Source: a virus
IMG/VR virus record: IMGVR_UViG_3300031992_000092
Location: 1-64,000 of that record
Strand: one strand, 5' to 3'
DNA: 64,000 nt
In this document: in pieces, positions 1 through 10,272 of the stretch
Position numbering within the stretch: position 1 is the stretch's first letter
How the letters are laid out: each line of letters starts with the position of its first letter
Notes under the pieces: generated by a model
The model's database searches: none
What the model was told of the DNA's origin: nothing
What the model saw: only the letters and a program-made list of their open reading frames with translations
Made by a program: the position numbers and the translations under genes

Positions 1-76
1 CTCTGCAAGCACGAATATTTAGCAAAAACACGCCTGGGAAATTTTTTAATCGAATCCCTTAAAAAGGAGAAAAACA

Positions 77-244
77 ATGTCAAAAAATAATCAAGTTCAA
101 GATGATAATGAAAAACTTCGTAAAGATTTTAAGCGTTTTATTAATAGTAAAAAGTTTATTGATTTTATAGTTCAAAATGCTCCAGATATTTATGTTTCAA
201 CTATTATTTTTGAGGCTCTTGATAAAGCATTAAAGGAAATTTAA
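77..244 (+). CDS. small hypothetical protein (55 aa), basic; MSKNNQVQDDNEKLRKDFKRF...
   Basis: ATG at 77 preceded by AAAAAGGAG RBS; TAA at 242-244. Missing from the ORF track only because it is under 60 aa. Confidence 0.4.
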   Translation: MSKNNQVQDDNEKLRKDFKRFINSKKFIDFIVQNAPDIYVSTIIFEALDKALKEI

Positions 245-274
245 TTGACAACTTTTAATTTATAATGATATAAT
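245..274 (+). promoter_or_regulatory. sigma70-type promoter: -35 TTGACA (245-250), 18-bp spacer, extended -10 TGaTATAAT (266-274)
   Basis: Read directly from the sequence. It is a near-consensus promoter immediately upstream of the polymerase gene. Confidence 0.55.
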
Positions 275-303
275 ATTAATGTAAGATAAAATAGTGACGA
301 AAG

Positions 304-3300
304 GTGTCAATTTTGAATCAAAGGGTAAGCATTCATAATCACACTTATTTTAGTAATCTTCGCCTACTTGATGCTTTATCGTCACCAGAGGCGTTGATTG
401 ACAAAGCAATTGAATTAGGTCTTGCAGGAATCGGAATTAGTGACCATGAATCTTTATCAAGTCATGTTAGAGTAAATAAATATGCTCAAAAAATTAAAGA
501 AGATTATCCAGATTTTAAAGTAATTCTAGGTAATGAAATTTATTTAACTAAAACTAGAGATTCAGGACAAAAATATTATCACTTTCTTTTAGCTGCTAAA
601 GATGAAATTGGTCATAAAACTATGCGGGAATTATCAAGTATTGCTTGGTTAAATAGTTATTTTGATAGAGGGTTACAAAGAGTTCCTACACTTTATGATG
701 AATTAAAAGAAATTGTTTTAAAATATGGCAAAGGTCATCTTATTGCTAGTTCAGCATGTATAGGTTCAAATCTTGGACAAAATATCTTAAAAATGCGAGA
801 AGCAGATATTATTGGAGATATTACTTCTCGTAAAGAAGCACATGATGATATTGTTAATCATGTATTATTTTGTCAAGACTTATTTGGAGATGATTTTTAT
901 TTTGAAATTGCTCCAGCATTATATGAAGAACAAATTTATGTTAATCAAAAAACTTATGAATTAAGTAAAATATTTGGAACTAAAGTAACAGTTCAAGATG
1001 ATAGTCACAGAATAACTCAAGAAGATTATATTGCTCATAAAGCTCTTCTTAATAGTAAACAAGGAGAGCGAGAAGATATTGATAGTTTTTATCAATATAC
1101 TTATCTTCAAAGTTATGAAGATATTAGAAAACATTTAGCTCCAACCAATTTAGATTGTGATGAACTGTTTGCTAATAGTATGGAAATTTATAATAAAGTA
1201 GAAGAATATTCTTTACTTCATAATCAGAAAGTAGTTCAAGTAGCAGTACAAGATTTTCCTAAAAAAGAAAAAACTGAATTAGATAAAGAAAAATATTCTG
1301 TTTTAAATTCTTTATATAATAGTGATAATATTCAAGAAAGAAATTGGGTTAATCAATGTATTAATAAACTTAAAGAAAAAAATATTTTTAATGATTTATA
1401 TTTAACAGAATTAGAGTATGAAGCAGATATTCAAAAAGTTGTTGGAGAAAAATTAGGAACTTGTTTATTTGCTTATCCTCTTTTTCTTCAACACTATATT
1501 GATTTATTTTGGGAGTGCGGAAGTCCTGTTGGAGTCGCTAGAGGATCGGGCGCAGCTGGTCTTAACCACTATCTTCTTGGTATTACTCAGTTAGATCCCC
1601 TTAAAGAAGGTTTTAAATATTGGCGATTTCTTAATAAAGAGCGCCTAGAGCTACCAGATATAGATATAGATACGGCACCAGATCGAAAACAAGCGGTCTT
1701 TAGTAAAATAAGAGAAGAACGAGGTCCACTTGGTTTAGTTCAAATTTGTACATTTGGTACTCTAAGTAGTCGAGCATCTGTACAAAGTGCTTGTAGGGGT
1801 TATAGATCAGCTGAATATCCAAATGGAATTGATGTAGATGAAGCTCAATATTTAACTTCTCTTATTGGTAGTGAAAGAGGTTTTGTATGGAGTATCCATG
1901 ATACTGTTTATGGTAATCCAGATAAAAATAGAAAACCTGTTAAAAATTTTGTTAATGCTGTTAGTAAATATTCAGGTTTATTAGATATTATTCTTAAACT
2001 TGAAGGTTGTATATCTCATAGAGGTATTCATGCAAGTGGAGTTCTCTTTCTTGATAAAGGTCATGAGTATGATATTAATGCATTAATGATGGCTCCTGAT
2101 GGATCAATAACAACACAATATGACCTTCACGATGCAGAGTCAACTGGAAATGTTAAGTATGACTTCCTTTACACAGATGTTGAAAGCAAAATAGCTCAAT
2201 GTCTACAACTTTTACAAGAACATGGTAAAATTGAAAAAGATTTAACTTTACGTGAAGCTTATAATAAATATTTACACCCAGATGTTCTTCCAATGGAAGA
2301 AGATAAGCTTTGGGATGCAATTGATAAAGCAAATATTCCTAGTCTTTTTCAATTAACTTCTATGGTTGGTTCTCAAACAGTTAAAAAATTAAGACCTAGA
2401 AATATTAAAACATTAAATGATGTTAATGGTATTATGCGTCTTATGGCTGATGATAGTGGTGAGTCTCCAACAGATAGATATGCAAGACTTCAAAATAATC
2501 CTCAACAATGGGAAGATGAAATGAATTATTATAATCTTACCCAAGAGGAAAAGAATGTTATTAGAGAATATGTCAATAATGGAGTTTTAATTGATCAAGA
2601 GACTCTAATGAGAATTCTTATGGATGAAAGAGTTTGTTCATTTTCTCTTAAGGAATCTAATGCAGCTCGTAAAATCGTAGCTAAAAAACAAATGAATCAA
2701 ATTGAAAAACTACATCAACAAATTCTTAATAAGGCAACAAGTGAAGCGATGGGAAAATATCTATGGTTCCTCCTAGCTCCGTCCATGGGCTATAGTTTTT
2801 CATCCATTCATGGAACAAGTTACAGTTATATTGCCGTTCAATGTGCATATCTTGCCACATATTTTCCATCTATTTATTGGAATACTGCTTGTGTACGAGT
2901 AGATGCGGGATTAGGATTAGATGATACAACCGCATATGAAAAAATTGCTAGAGCATTAGGAAATATCAAAGAACAAGGTATTGGTATTTCAACAATTGAT
3001 ATTAATAAATCTGGGATGTCTTTTGAGCCAGATGAAAAAAACAATACAATTATTTATGGATTAAAAGCACTTAATGGAGTAGGTGGAGAAATTACTCAAC
3101 AAATTATTGATAATAGACCTTATACCTCTGTTGATAATTTTAAAGAAAAAGTTAAAGTAAATAAAACTGTAATGATATCTTTAATTAAATCTGGTGCTTT
3201 TGATGAATTTGGTCCAAGAGACAAGATAATGAAAGATTATTTATATATCACGTGCGGGCCAAAGAAAAGAATTACTCTTCAAAATTTTAAAGGTTTAATG

Positions 3301-4128
3301 GATAGGAACCTTATCCCGCAAGAATTTGAATTTCAAAAAAGATTATTTGTTTTTAATAAAGCATTAAAAGCAAATTGTAAAATTGGTGATATGTATGGTA
3401 TAAACTTTAATTATTATGATTTTTATGAAGAGTTTTTTGATACATCATTACTTGAACCTCTTGGTCAAGGTTTAGGAATTCCTCAAAAAACTTGGGATAA
3501 ACTTTATAAAAATGGAATGGATCCTGTAAGAGATTATTTTAAAGCAAATCAACAAGAAATTTTAGATTTATTTAATAATACTCTTTTACAAGAAGAATGG
3601 GATAAGTATGCTCAAGGAACTCTTTCTACATGGGAAATGGATTCTTTATCTTTTTATTCTCATGAACATGAATTAAGTCATATTGACAATTCTAGATATA
3701 ATATAGTAAACTATAATAGTCTTAAAAGAGAACCTGAAATTGAATATATGTTTAAAAGAAATGGACATGATATTCCTATTTATAAAACTTTTAGAATTGC
3801 TGGAACTGTAATTGCTAAAAATAGCACTAAATCAATTGTAACTATTTTAACAACAGATAATAATGTTGTAGATATTAAGTTTACAAGAGATTATTTTGCA
3901 AAATATAATAAAAGAATTAGTGAAATTGGTTTAGATGGGAAAAAACATATCATAGAAAAAGGATTCTTTGATAAAGGAACATTAGTAATTATTAATGGTT
4001 TTAGACGTGGAGATATGTTTGTTTCTAAAAAATATTCAAGAACAAAAAGTCATCAATTATATAAAATTATTAAAATTAATCAAGATGGAAGTCTTGAGAT
4101 AACAAATAATAGAGCAGGAGAAGAGTAA
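304..4128 (+). CDS. dnaE: DNA polymerase III alpha subunit (DnaE-type) with N-terminal PHP domain
   Basis: Continuous 1274-codon ORF. PHP motif HNHTYFS...GISDHESL is present. Polymerase core motif GSPVGVARGSGAAGLNHYLLGITQLDPL...LPDIDID matches the DnaE active-site region. Start may be GTG at 304 or TTG at 313, which lies 6 nt after AAAGGTG. Confidence 0.85.
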   Translation: MSILNQRVSIHNHTYFSNLRLLDALSSPEALIDKAIELGLAGIGISDHESLSSHVRVNKYAQKIKEDYPDFKVILGNEIYLTKTRDSGQKYYHFLLAAKDEIGHKTMRELSSIAWLNSYFDRGLQRVPTLYDELKEIVLKYGKGHLIASSACIGSNLGQNILKMREADIIGDITSRKEAHDDIVNHVLFCQDLFGDDFYFEIAPALYEEQIYVNQKTYELSKIFGTKVTVQDDSHRITQEDYIAHKALLNSKQGEREDIDSFYQYTYLQSYEDIRKHLAPTNLDCDELFANSMEIYNKVEEYSLLHNQKVVQVAVQDFPKKEKTELDKEKYSVLNSLYNSDNIQERNWVNQCINKLKEKNIFNDLYLTELEYEADIQKVVGEKLGTCLFAYPLFLQHYIDLFWECGSPVGVARGSGAAGLNHYLLGITQLDPLKEGFKYWRFLNKERLELPDIDIDTAPDRKQAVFSKIREERGPLGLVQICTFGTLSSRASVQSACRGYRSAEYPNGIDVDEAQYLTSLIGSERGFVWSIHDTVYGNPDKNRKPVKNFVNAVSKYSGLLDIILKLEGCISHRGIHASGVLFLDKGHEYDINALMMAPDGSITTQYDLHDAESTGNVKYDFLYTDVESKIAQCLQLLQEHGKIEKDLTLREAYNKYLHPDVLPMEEDKLWDAIDKANIPSLFQLTSMVGSQTVKKLRPRNIKTLNDVNGIMRLMADDSGESPTDRYARLQNNPQQWEDEMNYYNLTQEEKNVIREYVNNGVLIDQETLMRILMDERVCSFSLKESNAARKIVAKKQMNQIEKLHQQILNKATSEAMGKYLWFLLAPSMGYSFSSIHGTSYSYIAVQCAYLATYFPSIYWNTACVRVDAGLGLDDTTAYEKIARALGNIKEQGIGISTIDINKSGMSFEPDEKNNTIIYGLKALNGVGGEITQQIIDNRPYTSVDNFKEKVKVNKTVMISLIKSGAFDEFGPRDKIMKDYLYITCGPKKRITLQNFKGLMDRNLIPQEFEFQKRLFVFNKALKANCKIGDMYGINFNYYDFYEEFFDTSLLEPLGQGLGIPQKTWDKLYKNGMDPVRDYFKANQQEILDLFNNTLLQEEWDKYAQGTLSTWEMDSLSFYSHEHELSHIDNSRYNIVNYNSLKREPEIEYMFKRNGHDIPIYKTFRIAGTVIAKNSTKSIVTILTTDNNVVDIKFTRDYFAKYNKRISEIGLDGKKHIIEKGFFDKGTLVIINGFRRGDMFVSKKYSRTKSHQLYKIIKINQDGSLEITNNRAGEE

Positions 4129-4155
4129 AAATATTCTTCTCCTTTTGGAGATAAA

Positions 4156-4470
4156 ATGAATGAATATTGATTTGTACATGAGCCTAAACCTGAATGGGTG
4201 CGGGAATTGCAAGAACAAGGAATTTTAACTGGCCCTGAATATGCTGCTGTAACTATAGTATATACTTTTTATACAGGAGAACATAAAGATTATCTTTATG
4301 ATGGAGATGCTTTAATTAAAACTACAGAAGGTATTATTGCTCCAATTTCTTATCAGTGGATAGACAGAGCTAAAAGAAAAAATCCAGATATGAAATTATA
4401 TTCACCAGTTGAAGGACAAATGGAAGAAATTCTTGCATCTATTTATTCCAATTTGGGCAAAAATAAATAA
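4156..4470 (+). CDS. hypothetical protein (104 aa)
   Basis: ATG at 4156 after GGAGATAAA RBS. In frame with track ORF 4198..4470 if TGA at 4168 is read as Trp (MNEYWFVHEPKPEWVRELQ...). Confidence 0.45.
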
Positions 4471-4532
4471 ATTGTAAATTTTTAATTATATTATAAATAA
4501 GTGAGCACAAAATCTAGTATAGGGAGGAATAG

Positions 4533-4736
4533 ATGATTACACTTTATAGTACAGGTTGTCCTCGTTGTAAAGTTTTAGAGCAAAAACTTCAACAAAAAAA
4601 TATTGATTTTAATATAGAATCAGATATGCAAACTATTATTGATATGGGTTTTAGAGCAGCTCCTATTCTTAAAGTAGATGAAAACTTTTATGATTTTGGA
4701 GGAGCTATTAAGTGGGTAAATTCATATGAAGATTAA
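4533..4736 (+). CDS. nrdH: NrdH-like glutaredoxin-like redoxin (CPRC active site)
   Basis: 67 aa. MITLYSTGCPRCKVLEQ has a CxxC thioredoxin-fold motif. RBS GGGAGGAAT. Lies immediately upstream of nrdD and overlaps its start. Confidence 0.7.
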   Translation: MITLYSTGCPRCKVLEQKLQQKNIDFNIESDMQTIIDMGFRAAPILKVDENFYDFGGAIKWVNSYED

Positions 4737-6690
4737 TATGAAATTAAACCGCAATTTTACAACTCAATATAATAAATTGCAAGGTGAATTTGGAACAGAA
4801 ATTGCAGAATTAAATGGTTTTGGAGATGAGCAACTTTCTTATACGGATTTTATTTCTAATTTTATAGATAAACAAACAGTAGCAGATGCTTCTATTGATA
4901 GTAATTCAAATGTTAGTCATAAAGACATTGTAACTTTAGAAAGAGAAATGCCTAAACCTCATTCTAAGCTTTTAGCTTTTAATAAAATTTATTATGAAAT
5001 TCAAAAGAAATATGGGTTTAAAACAGCTAATGAGTGGTTGCGGGCAGAGTGGATAGGTCAGCTTTATATGCACGACGCTCCATCATCAACATTTAGACAC
5101 TATTGTTTTGCTTATGACTTAAAAGATTTAGCAGAAAGAGGGTTATACTTCTTTCCTGAAAGAAATGCTAAACCAGCAGAGCATTATACAACTTTTATTG
5201 ATTTTGTAAAAGAGTTTGTTAATTATACTTGTAATCGATCTTCAGGTGCAGTAGGGTTGCCAAATCTTCTTCCATATATGTTTTACTTCTGGAAAAAAGA
5301 TATAAATGACGATTATCTAGGCATACGAACTTCGGGCAATGAACGATACTATGCTGATCAGGGATTCCAACGATTTATTTACGCGGTAAACCAAAACATC
5401 ATGAGAGATGGTTCACAATCAGCTTTCACAAATACATCAATTTTTGATCGACCATATTTTGAAGCTCTTTTTGGTGGATCAACATTTCCTGATGGAACCT
5501 TTATGATTGATTATGAAGAAGAAATAATTGAATTTCAAAAATGGTATATGGAAGTTATGTCTGAAATTCGATCAACTAATATGTTAACATTCCCAGTAAA
5601 CACAATATCTCTTCTTCGTAAAGAAGGAAAATATGATTTAAACACTCTTGATGGTTTTGTTGATCAAAATTTTGCAGAGTGGGCTATTAAACATAATATG
5701 AAATGGTCAGATTCAAATATTTTTCAAGATACATCTGTTAATAGTTTATCAAATTGTTGTCGATTAAAAAGTGATATTGCTGAGCTTGGCTATTTTAATA
5801 GCGTCGGGGGATCAGCACTTAAAGTCGGATCTGTTAAAGTATCGACAATAAATCTTGCTCGTTTAGCATTAGATACAGATTCAGAAGAAGAATATTTACA
5901 AGAACTTGAATATAGATTAATTTTAAATCTTAAAGCTCTTGATTGTATTCGCCATATAATTCAAAGAAATGTTGACAAGGGTTTGCTTCCTAATTTTTCA
6001 TATGGCTTAGTTGATTTCCCGCATCTTTATAATACAATTGGCTTCCTTGGTGTTTATGAAACAATGAAAAAATTTGGATACACTAAAGTAGATACATTAG
6101 GTAATACTTATTATACTGATAAAGCTTCTTTGTTCGGTCAGAAAATTTTTGAAACTATTCGTGAAGTATCTAATCAATTTATTAAAGATAATAATTTAGA
6201 TTATAAGATTAATTGTGAACAAATTCCTGGTGAAAATGCAGCAGATAAATTGATGAAAAAAGATAAATTCTTTTATCCAAATGCTAATATTTATGATTTA
6301 CCATTATATGGTAATCAATTTATTCCTTTAGGAATTCAAACTACTGGACAAGAAAGAGTTAGAATTCAGGCGCAATTTGATGCTTTCTGTAATGGAGGAT
6401 CAATACTCCATTATAATATTGATGCACCTTTTACAAGTTACGAAAAAGCTTTATATATGACTAATTATATTGCTCAAAAAGGTGTTACATATTTTGCATT
6501 TAATACTCGAATTTCTACATGTAAAGATAATCATGCATTTTATGGCAACGGGCCTTGTCCAGTATGTGGTAAACCAAAAGACGCAGAATTTACTAGAATT
6601 GTCGGTTTCTACACAAAAATTAACAGTTGGAGCCAGACTCGCAAAGATGAATTTAAACTTCGTAAATGGGATAACATCAATGATAATTAA
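4726..6690 (+). CDS. nrdD: anaerobic ribonucleoside-triphosphate reductase (class III RNR, NrdD)
   Basis: 654 aa. C-terminal Zn-ribbon CPVCG and a glycyl-radical-like motif (TRIVGFY). Overall length and architecture are typical of NrdD. Confidence 0.85.
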   Translation: MKINMKLNRNFTTQYNKLQGEFGTEIAELNGFGDEQLSYTDFISNFIDKQTVADASIDSNSNVSHKDIVTLEREMPKPHSKLLAFNKIYYEIQKKYGFKTANEWLRAEWIGQLYMHDAPSSTFRHYCFAYDLKDLAERGLYFFPERNAKPAEHYTTFIDFVKEFVNYTCNRSSGAVGLPNLLPYMFYFWKKDINDDYLGIRTSGNERYYADQGFQRFIYAVNQNIMRDGSQSAFTNTSIFDRPYFEALFGGSTFPDGTFMIDYEEEIIEFQKWYMEVMSEIRSTNMLTFPVNTISLLRKEGKYDLNTLDGFVDQNFAEWAIKHNMKWSDSNIFQDTSVNSLSNCCRLKSDIAELGYFNSVGGSALKVGSVKVSTINLARLALDTDSEEEYLQELEYRLILNLKALDCIRHIIQRNVDKGLLPNFSYGLVDFPHLYNTIGFLGVYETMKKFGYTKVDTLGNTYYTDKASLFGQKIFETIREVSNQFIKDNNLDYKINCEQIPGENAADKLMKKDKFFYPNANIYDLPLYGNQFIPLGIQTTGQERVRIQAQFDAFCNGGSILHYNIDAPFTSYEKALYMTNYIAQKGVTYFAFNTRISTCKDNHAFYGNGPCPVCGKPKDAEFTRIVGFYTKINSWSQTRKDEFKLRKWDNINDN

Positions 6691-7144
6691 AGGTATTATT
6701 TCTGAAGATTTTATTAATTATAAAAAACCTTGTATGGTTATAGAATTTCCAGTTTGTAAAAACTTTAAATGCGGGCAAGCCCTATGTCAAAACAATCCAT
6801 TAATAAAATATCCAGATATAGAAATTAGTTATTCTCAAATTGTTAAAAAATACATGGAAAATGATATTACACAAGCTATTGTTTTTATGGGGCTAGAACC
6901 TTTTGATAGTCCGCATGATTTATTTCTTTTAATTGAAGAATTTAGAAAATATACAATGGATGATATTGTAATTTACACTGGATATTACTGGAATGAAATT
7001 TCTACATATGTAGCTATGCTAGTGGATTATAAAAATATTATTATTAAATACGGTAGATACATTCCCAATCAAACTCCACACTATGATGAAGTTTTAGGCG
7101 TAAAATTGGTAAGTGATAATCAATATGCTGCAAAGATCAGTTAG
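6680..7144 (+). CDS. nrdG: NrdG-like anaerobic RNR activating protein (divergent Cys motif)
   Basis: C-terminal half (GLEPFDSPHDLFLLIEEF...IVIYTGYYWNEI) resembles the NrdG GGDPL...IWVWTGYKLDEL region. N-terminal cysteines are spaced C-x8-C-x4-C-x4-C rather than the canonical CxxxCxxC. Start is ATG 6680 or ATG 6647. Overlaps the nrdD end. Confidence 0.6.
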   Translation: MIIKGIISEDFINYKKPCMVIEFPVCKNFKCGQALCQNNPLIKYPDIEISYSQIVKKYMENDITQAIVFMGLEPFDSPHDLFLLIEEFRKYTMDDIVIYTGYYWNEISTYVAMLVDYKNIIIKYGRYIPNQTPHYDEVLGVKLVSDNQYAAKIS

Positions 7145-7152
7145 GAATAAAT

Positions 7153-7395
7153 ATGTATTATAATAATTATTTTAACAACAACAATAATACTACTATTTTA
7201 ATTATAATTATAGCTTGTACTCTTATAGTTGGTTTAAGTTTTCTTTTATTTGCTTTTGGCTATTGGCTAATAACTTTAATAGCTGCTCAAATTTTTAATT
7301 TTATAATTCCATTTGAATGGACATATGCTTTAGGAGCTTATGCAATATTAATAATTATTAGATTATTTATGTTACCAAGTGGTCAATCTAAATAA
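7153..7395 (+). CDS. small hydrophobic membrane protein (2 predicted TM helices, poly-Asn N-terminus)
   Basis: 80 aa, strongly hydrophobic (ILIIIIACTLIVGLSFLLFAFGYWLITLIAAQIF...). It is the last gene before a strong terminator. Confidence 0.5.
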   Translation: MYYNNYFNNNNNTTILIIIIACTLIVGLSFLLFAFGYWLITLIAAQIFNFIIPFEWTYALGAYAILIIIRLFMLPSGQSK

Positions 7396-7400
7396 AAAAT

Positions 7401-7448
7401 GCCTCAACAAAAGAATAAAAAATTCTAATGTTGAGGCTTATTTTTTTT
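7401..7448 (+). terminator. rho-independent terminator (stem GCCTCAACA / TGTTGAGGC followed by T8)
   Basis: Perfect 9-bp inverted repeat at 7401-7409 and 7430-7438, followed by a T-run at 7440-7448. Confidence 0.6.
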
Positions 7449-7476
7449 GACATTTTATTTAATAATATAGTATAAT
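7447..7476 (+). promoter_or_regulatory. sigma70-type promoter: -35 TTGACA (7447-7452), 18-bp spacer, -10 TATAAT (7471-7476)
   Basis: Consensus hexamers with canonical spacing, 24 nt upstream of the AAAGGAG RBS and ATG at 7500. Confidence 0.55.
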
Positions 7477-7499
7477 ATAATAAAACGAAAGGAGATTAT

Positions 7500-7898
7500 A
7501 TGGGAGATGTTTCTTTAGGTACTGTATATGATATTAATAAAACTGTATATAGTAATCAATCAGAAAAAATGCCAGAAGCTTTAGTTCAATCCATGTTAAA
7601 AAAAGTTTCAAGCTGGTTTAAAACTAAAGCTCTTTGTGAAGCACAATATTATATGTTTCTTTGTCGTGACCGTAATGATTATACAATTTTTAATTTTATA
7701 AAAAATAATCCAGAAAAAGGAATCAAAGAATTAATTGAATTAATTCAATCTCGTGGAATTCTTAAAGATATTGTCTATAATGAAAAATATAATTATTATG
7801 AATTTTGGATTAGTATAGATACAGAAGGATTTAGACCAGAAATGTATATGTATATTCTTTTTCCATGTAATGAATTTGTAATCGAGATTGGAGATTAA
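7500..7898 (+). CDS. hypothetical protein (132 aa)
   Basis: ORF with AAAGGAG RBS. No recognisable motif. Confidence 0.5.
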   Translation: MGDVSLGTVYDINKTVYSNQSEKMPEALVQSMLKKVSSWFKTKALCEAQYYMFLCRDRNDYTIFNFIKNNPEKGIKELIELIQSRGILKDIVYNEKYNYYEFWISIDTEGFRPEMYMYILFPCNEFVIEIGD

Positions 7899-7900
7899 AT

Positions 7901-8161
7901 ATGGATATGATGATTGCTGCTCGTCCCGCAGCTAATATTACAATTATGATTACGCAAGAAACTCCAGAATATGATGCTCAAATGGTAGCTTCTCAAACTG
8001 TTTTTGAAAAAGATTTGGAAAAAACAATTAGAAAATATTTAAATGATTATAAAATCGAAACAATGTCTATATACGGTCCTTTAGATTATATTGAACATTT
8101 AGCTGATACTCTTGGTAAAACTTTTAATCGTGAAATTACTATAATTGGAGCTGGTGTATAA
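7901..8161 (+). CDS. hypothetical protein (86 aa)
   Basis: ORF tightly packed after the previous gene. Confidence 0.4.
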   Translation: MDMMIAARPAANITIMITQETPEYDAQMVASQTVFEKDLEKTIRKYLNDYKIETMSIYGPLDYIEHLADTLGKTFNREITIIGAGV

Positions 8162-8442
8162 TGATTAAATATCTTCTTAAAACAACTGAAGAATATCGTC
8201 TTGAAACTGTAGAAGATGTAAAAACTTTTCATAAAAAACTTCAACAAGATGCTATAAATCAAGGATATACGCTAAGCTCTTTTGGATATACACAAAAGTC
8301 AACAACTGCTCGTGGAGAAATTATTGATGAATGGTGTGTTGTAAAAGTTATAAAAATATTCCAAAAAGATAAAGAACCAGAAAATGCACTTAATAAAATT
8401 ACTTATGAAACTTTTAATAGAGAGGAGTTTAATGGAGATTAA
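8161..8442 (+). CDS. hypothetical protein (93 aa)
   Basis: ORF with ATGA overlap to the previous gene. Confidence 0.4.
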   Translation: MIKYLLKTTEEYRLETVEDVKTFHKKLQQDAINQGYTLSSFGYTQKSTTARGEIIDEWCVVKVIKIFQKDKEPENALNKITYETFNREEFNGD

Positions 8443-8854
8443 AATAAAATATGAACATGATGATGTCCCTCGATTAAATAAAATTGTTCAAGGAGATTGA
8501 ATTGATTTAACTTTAGATGAAGATATTCAATTAGATAAAGGGCAATCAGGACTATTTTCTTTAGGAGTGTGTATTCAATTACCAAAAGGATATGAAGCAA
8601 TTTTAGCTCCAAGAAGTTCAACATTTAAACGTTATCATTTACTTCAAACCAACTCAATTGGTGTTATTGATAATTCTTATTGTGGAAATAATGATATCTG
8701 GAAAGTTAGTTTTTATGCCACCGAAACTACTTTTGTTCCAAGAGGAACAAGAATTTGTCAATTTAGAATAATTAAAAATCAACCTGAAATTAATTTTATA
8801 GAAGTTTCATCCCTTAATAATCAAGATAGAAATGGTTTTGGTTCAACAGGATAA
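8432..8854 (+). CDS. dut: dUTP pyrophosphatase (dUTPase)
   Basis: With TGA read as Trp at 8496-8498 (GDWIDL) the ORF extends upstream to ATG 8432. Motifs ILAPRSS, GVIDNSYCG...IW and RNGFGSTG are trimeric dUTPase motifs. Confidence 0.75.
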
Positions 8855-9333
8855 TGATTTTATCTTTAGATCAAGCATTAGTCACAACAGGTTGAGCAAT
8901 TTTTGATGAAAATAAATTAATAGCTTATGACAGTTTTACTATAAATGGAAAAGATTCTATTGAAAAAAGATTAGGATTTATTTTTCAAAGATTAATAGAA
9001 TTATATAATAAATATGAGTTTGATTATTTAGTATTTGAAGATATTCAACAGCAACAAAATCCAAGTACATATAAAAAACTTGCATATGTTCAAGCGATTA
9101 TTTTACTTTGATGTTTTTATAATCAAATTAATTTTACAGTATTAAGTCCTTCTCAATGAAGAAAAATATTAGGTGGAAATTTTGGAAGAAAAAGAGAAGA
9201 ACAAAAACAAAAAGCTATTAATTTAGTAAAACAATATTATAATATAAATGTTGATTCAGATATTGCGGATGCAATATGTATTGGAAAAGCCTATTTAGAT
9301 AGTCATAAACAATTAGGATTCGGGGTGATTTAA
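8854..9333 (+). CDS. ruvC: RuvC-like Holliday junction resolvase (phage type)
   Basis: Needs three TGA=Trp codons. N-terminal MILSLDQALVTTGWAIFDEN is the RuvC catalytic Asp/Gly motif. The protein ends at ...SDIADAICIGKAY, the typical C-terminal catalytic Asp region. Not in the track because of the in-frame TGAs. Confidence 0.75.
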
Positions 9334-9334
9334 A

Positions 9335-10270
9335 TTGTCTCTTTTTATTGTGGCAATTATTATAGCATTAGTCCTATTATTCTTTGCAGGCTATTGTAGA
9401 AAAACTAAAGATAATAAATATGATAATTATTCAAAAGCTACAGGACCTCTTATTATAGCAGCAATTATAGTAGCTTTAACAGGTACATTTTTATCTTGCG
9501 TTTATACTCAAGATGTAGGTGAAGTTGTTATTCTTCGTAATCTTGGAGGTCAATTAGCTGGAACAACTGAAGAAGCAGGTTTTCATTTTAAAGCTCCTTG
9601 GCAAGATACTATTGATTATGATATTCGTAACAATATTATTAATCTTTATCGAGATGATGAATATTCCTATGATAATGGAACAGCTCATGGAGCAGAAGTA
9701 ACAGTTTATGATAAATCAGGCGCTCAAGCAAATGTAGATGTTCAAGTAATTTATTCCTTAGACCCAGATGCAGCAATTGATCTTTATACTAAATACCAAG
9801 AACAAGAAAACTTTATTCAAATTTCCGCAGTAAATAATGTGCGGGATGCTGCAAGAAATGTATCAGGACAATTTACTACAATTGAAATGTTAAATGCTCG
9901 TGAAAACTATGCTAAAGCAATTTATGATAAACTTTCAGCAGATTGGGATAAAATAGGATTACATGTCGAAGAGGTCAACGTACAGGACATCAGATACAAT
10001 CAGGAAATTGTTGATGCTTATAATGCTGCTCAAAAAACAGAAATTTCCAAAGTTGAAGCATTAAATCAACAAGAAACCGAAAAAGTTAAAATGGATACTG
10101 AAGTCATGAAAGCTCAAAAAGAAGCAGAAGCTAATAAAATTAGAAGTGATTCTCTAACTCCTGAAATTCTTCAACAAGAATATATTGAAGCTCTTAAAAA
10201 TGGTAACGCTATTTATGTAGTTCCTGAAGGTTCTACTCCAATAGTCAATCTAGATAAGAAAGCAGAATAA
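9335..10270 (+). CDS. SPFH/band-7 (HflK/C-, prohibitin-like) membrane protein
   Basis: N-terminal TM segments, then GEVVILRNLGGQLAGTTEEAGFHFKAPWQDTIDYDIR, which is typical of an SPFH domain start, and a coiled-coil tail. Confidence 0.6.
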   Translation: MSLFIVAIIIALVLLFFAGYCRKTKDNKYDNYSKATGPLIIAAIIVALTGTFLSCVYTQDVGEVVILRNLGGQLAGTTEEAGFHFKAPWQDTIDYDIRNNIINLYRDDEYSYDNGTAHGAEVTVYDKSGAQANVDVQVIYSLDPDAAIDLYTKYQEQENFIQISAVNNVRDAARNVSGQFTTIEMLNARENYAKAIYDKLSADWDKIGLHVEEVNVQDIRYNQEIVDAYNAAQKTEISKVEALNQQETEKVKMDTEVMKAQKEAEANKIRSDSLTPEILQQEYIEALKNGNAIYVVPEGSTPIVNLDKKAE

Positions 10271-10272
10271 AA

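Noticed and set aside
8439-8624. Minus-strand 61-aa ORF overlapping the dUTPase start
   Set aside because: The plus-strand dUTPase reading, with TGA=Trp, explains this region with clear family motifs. The antisense ORF is AT-rich noise.
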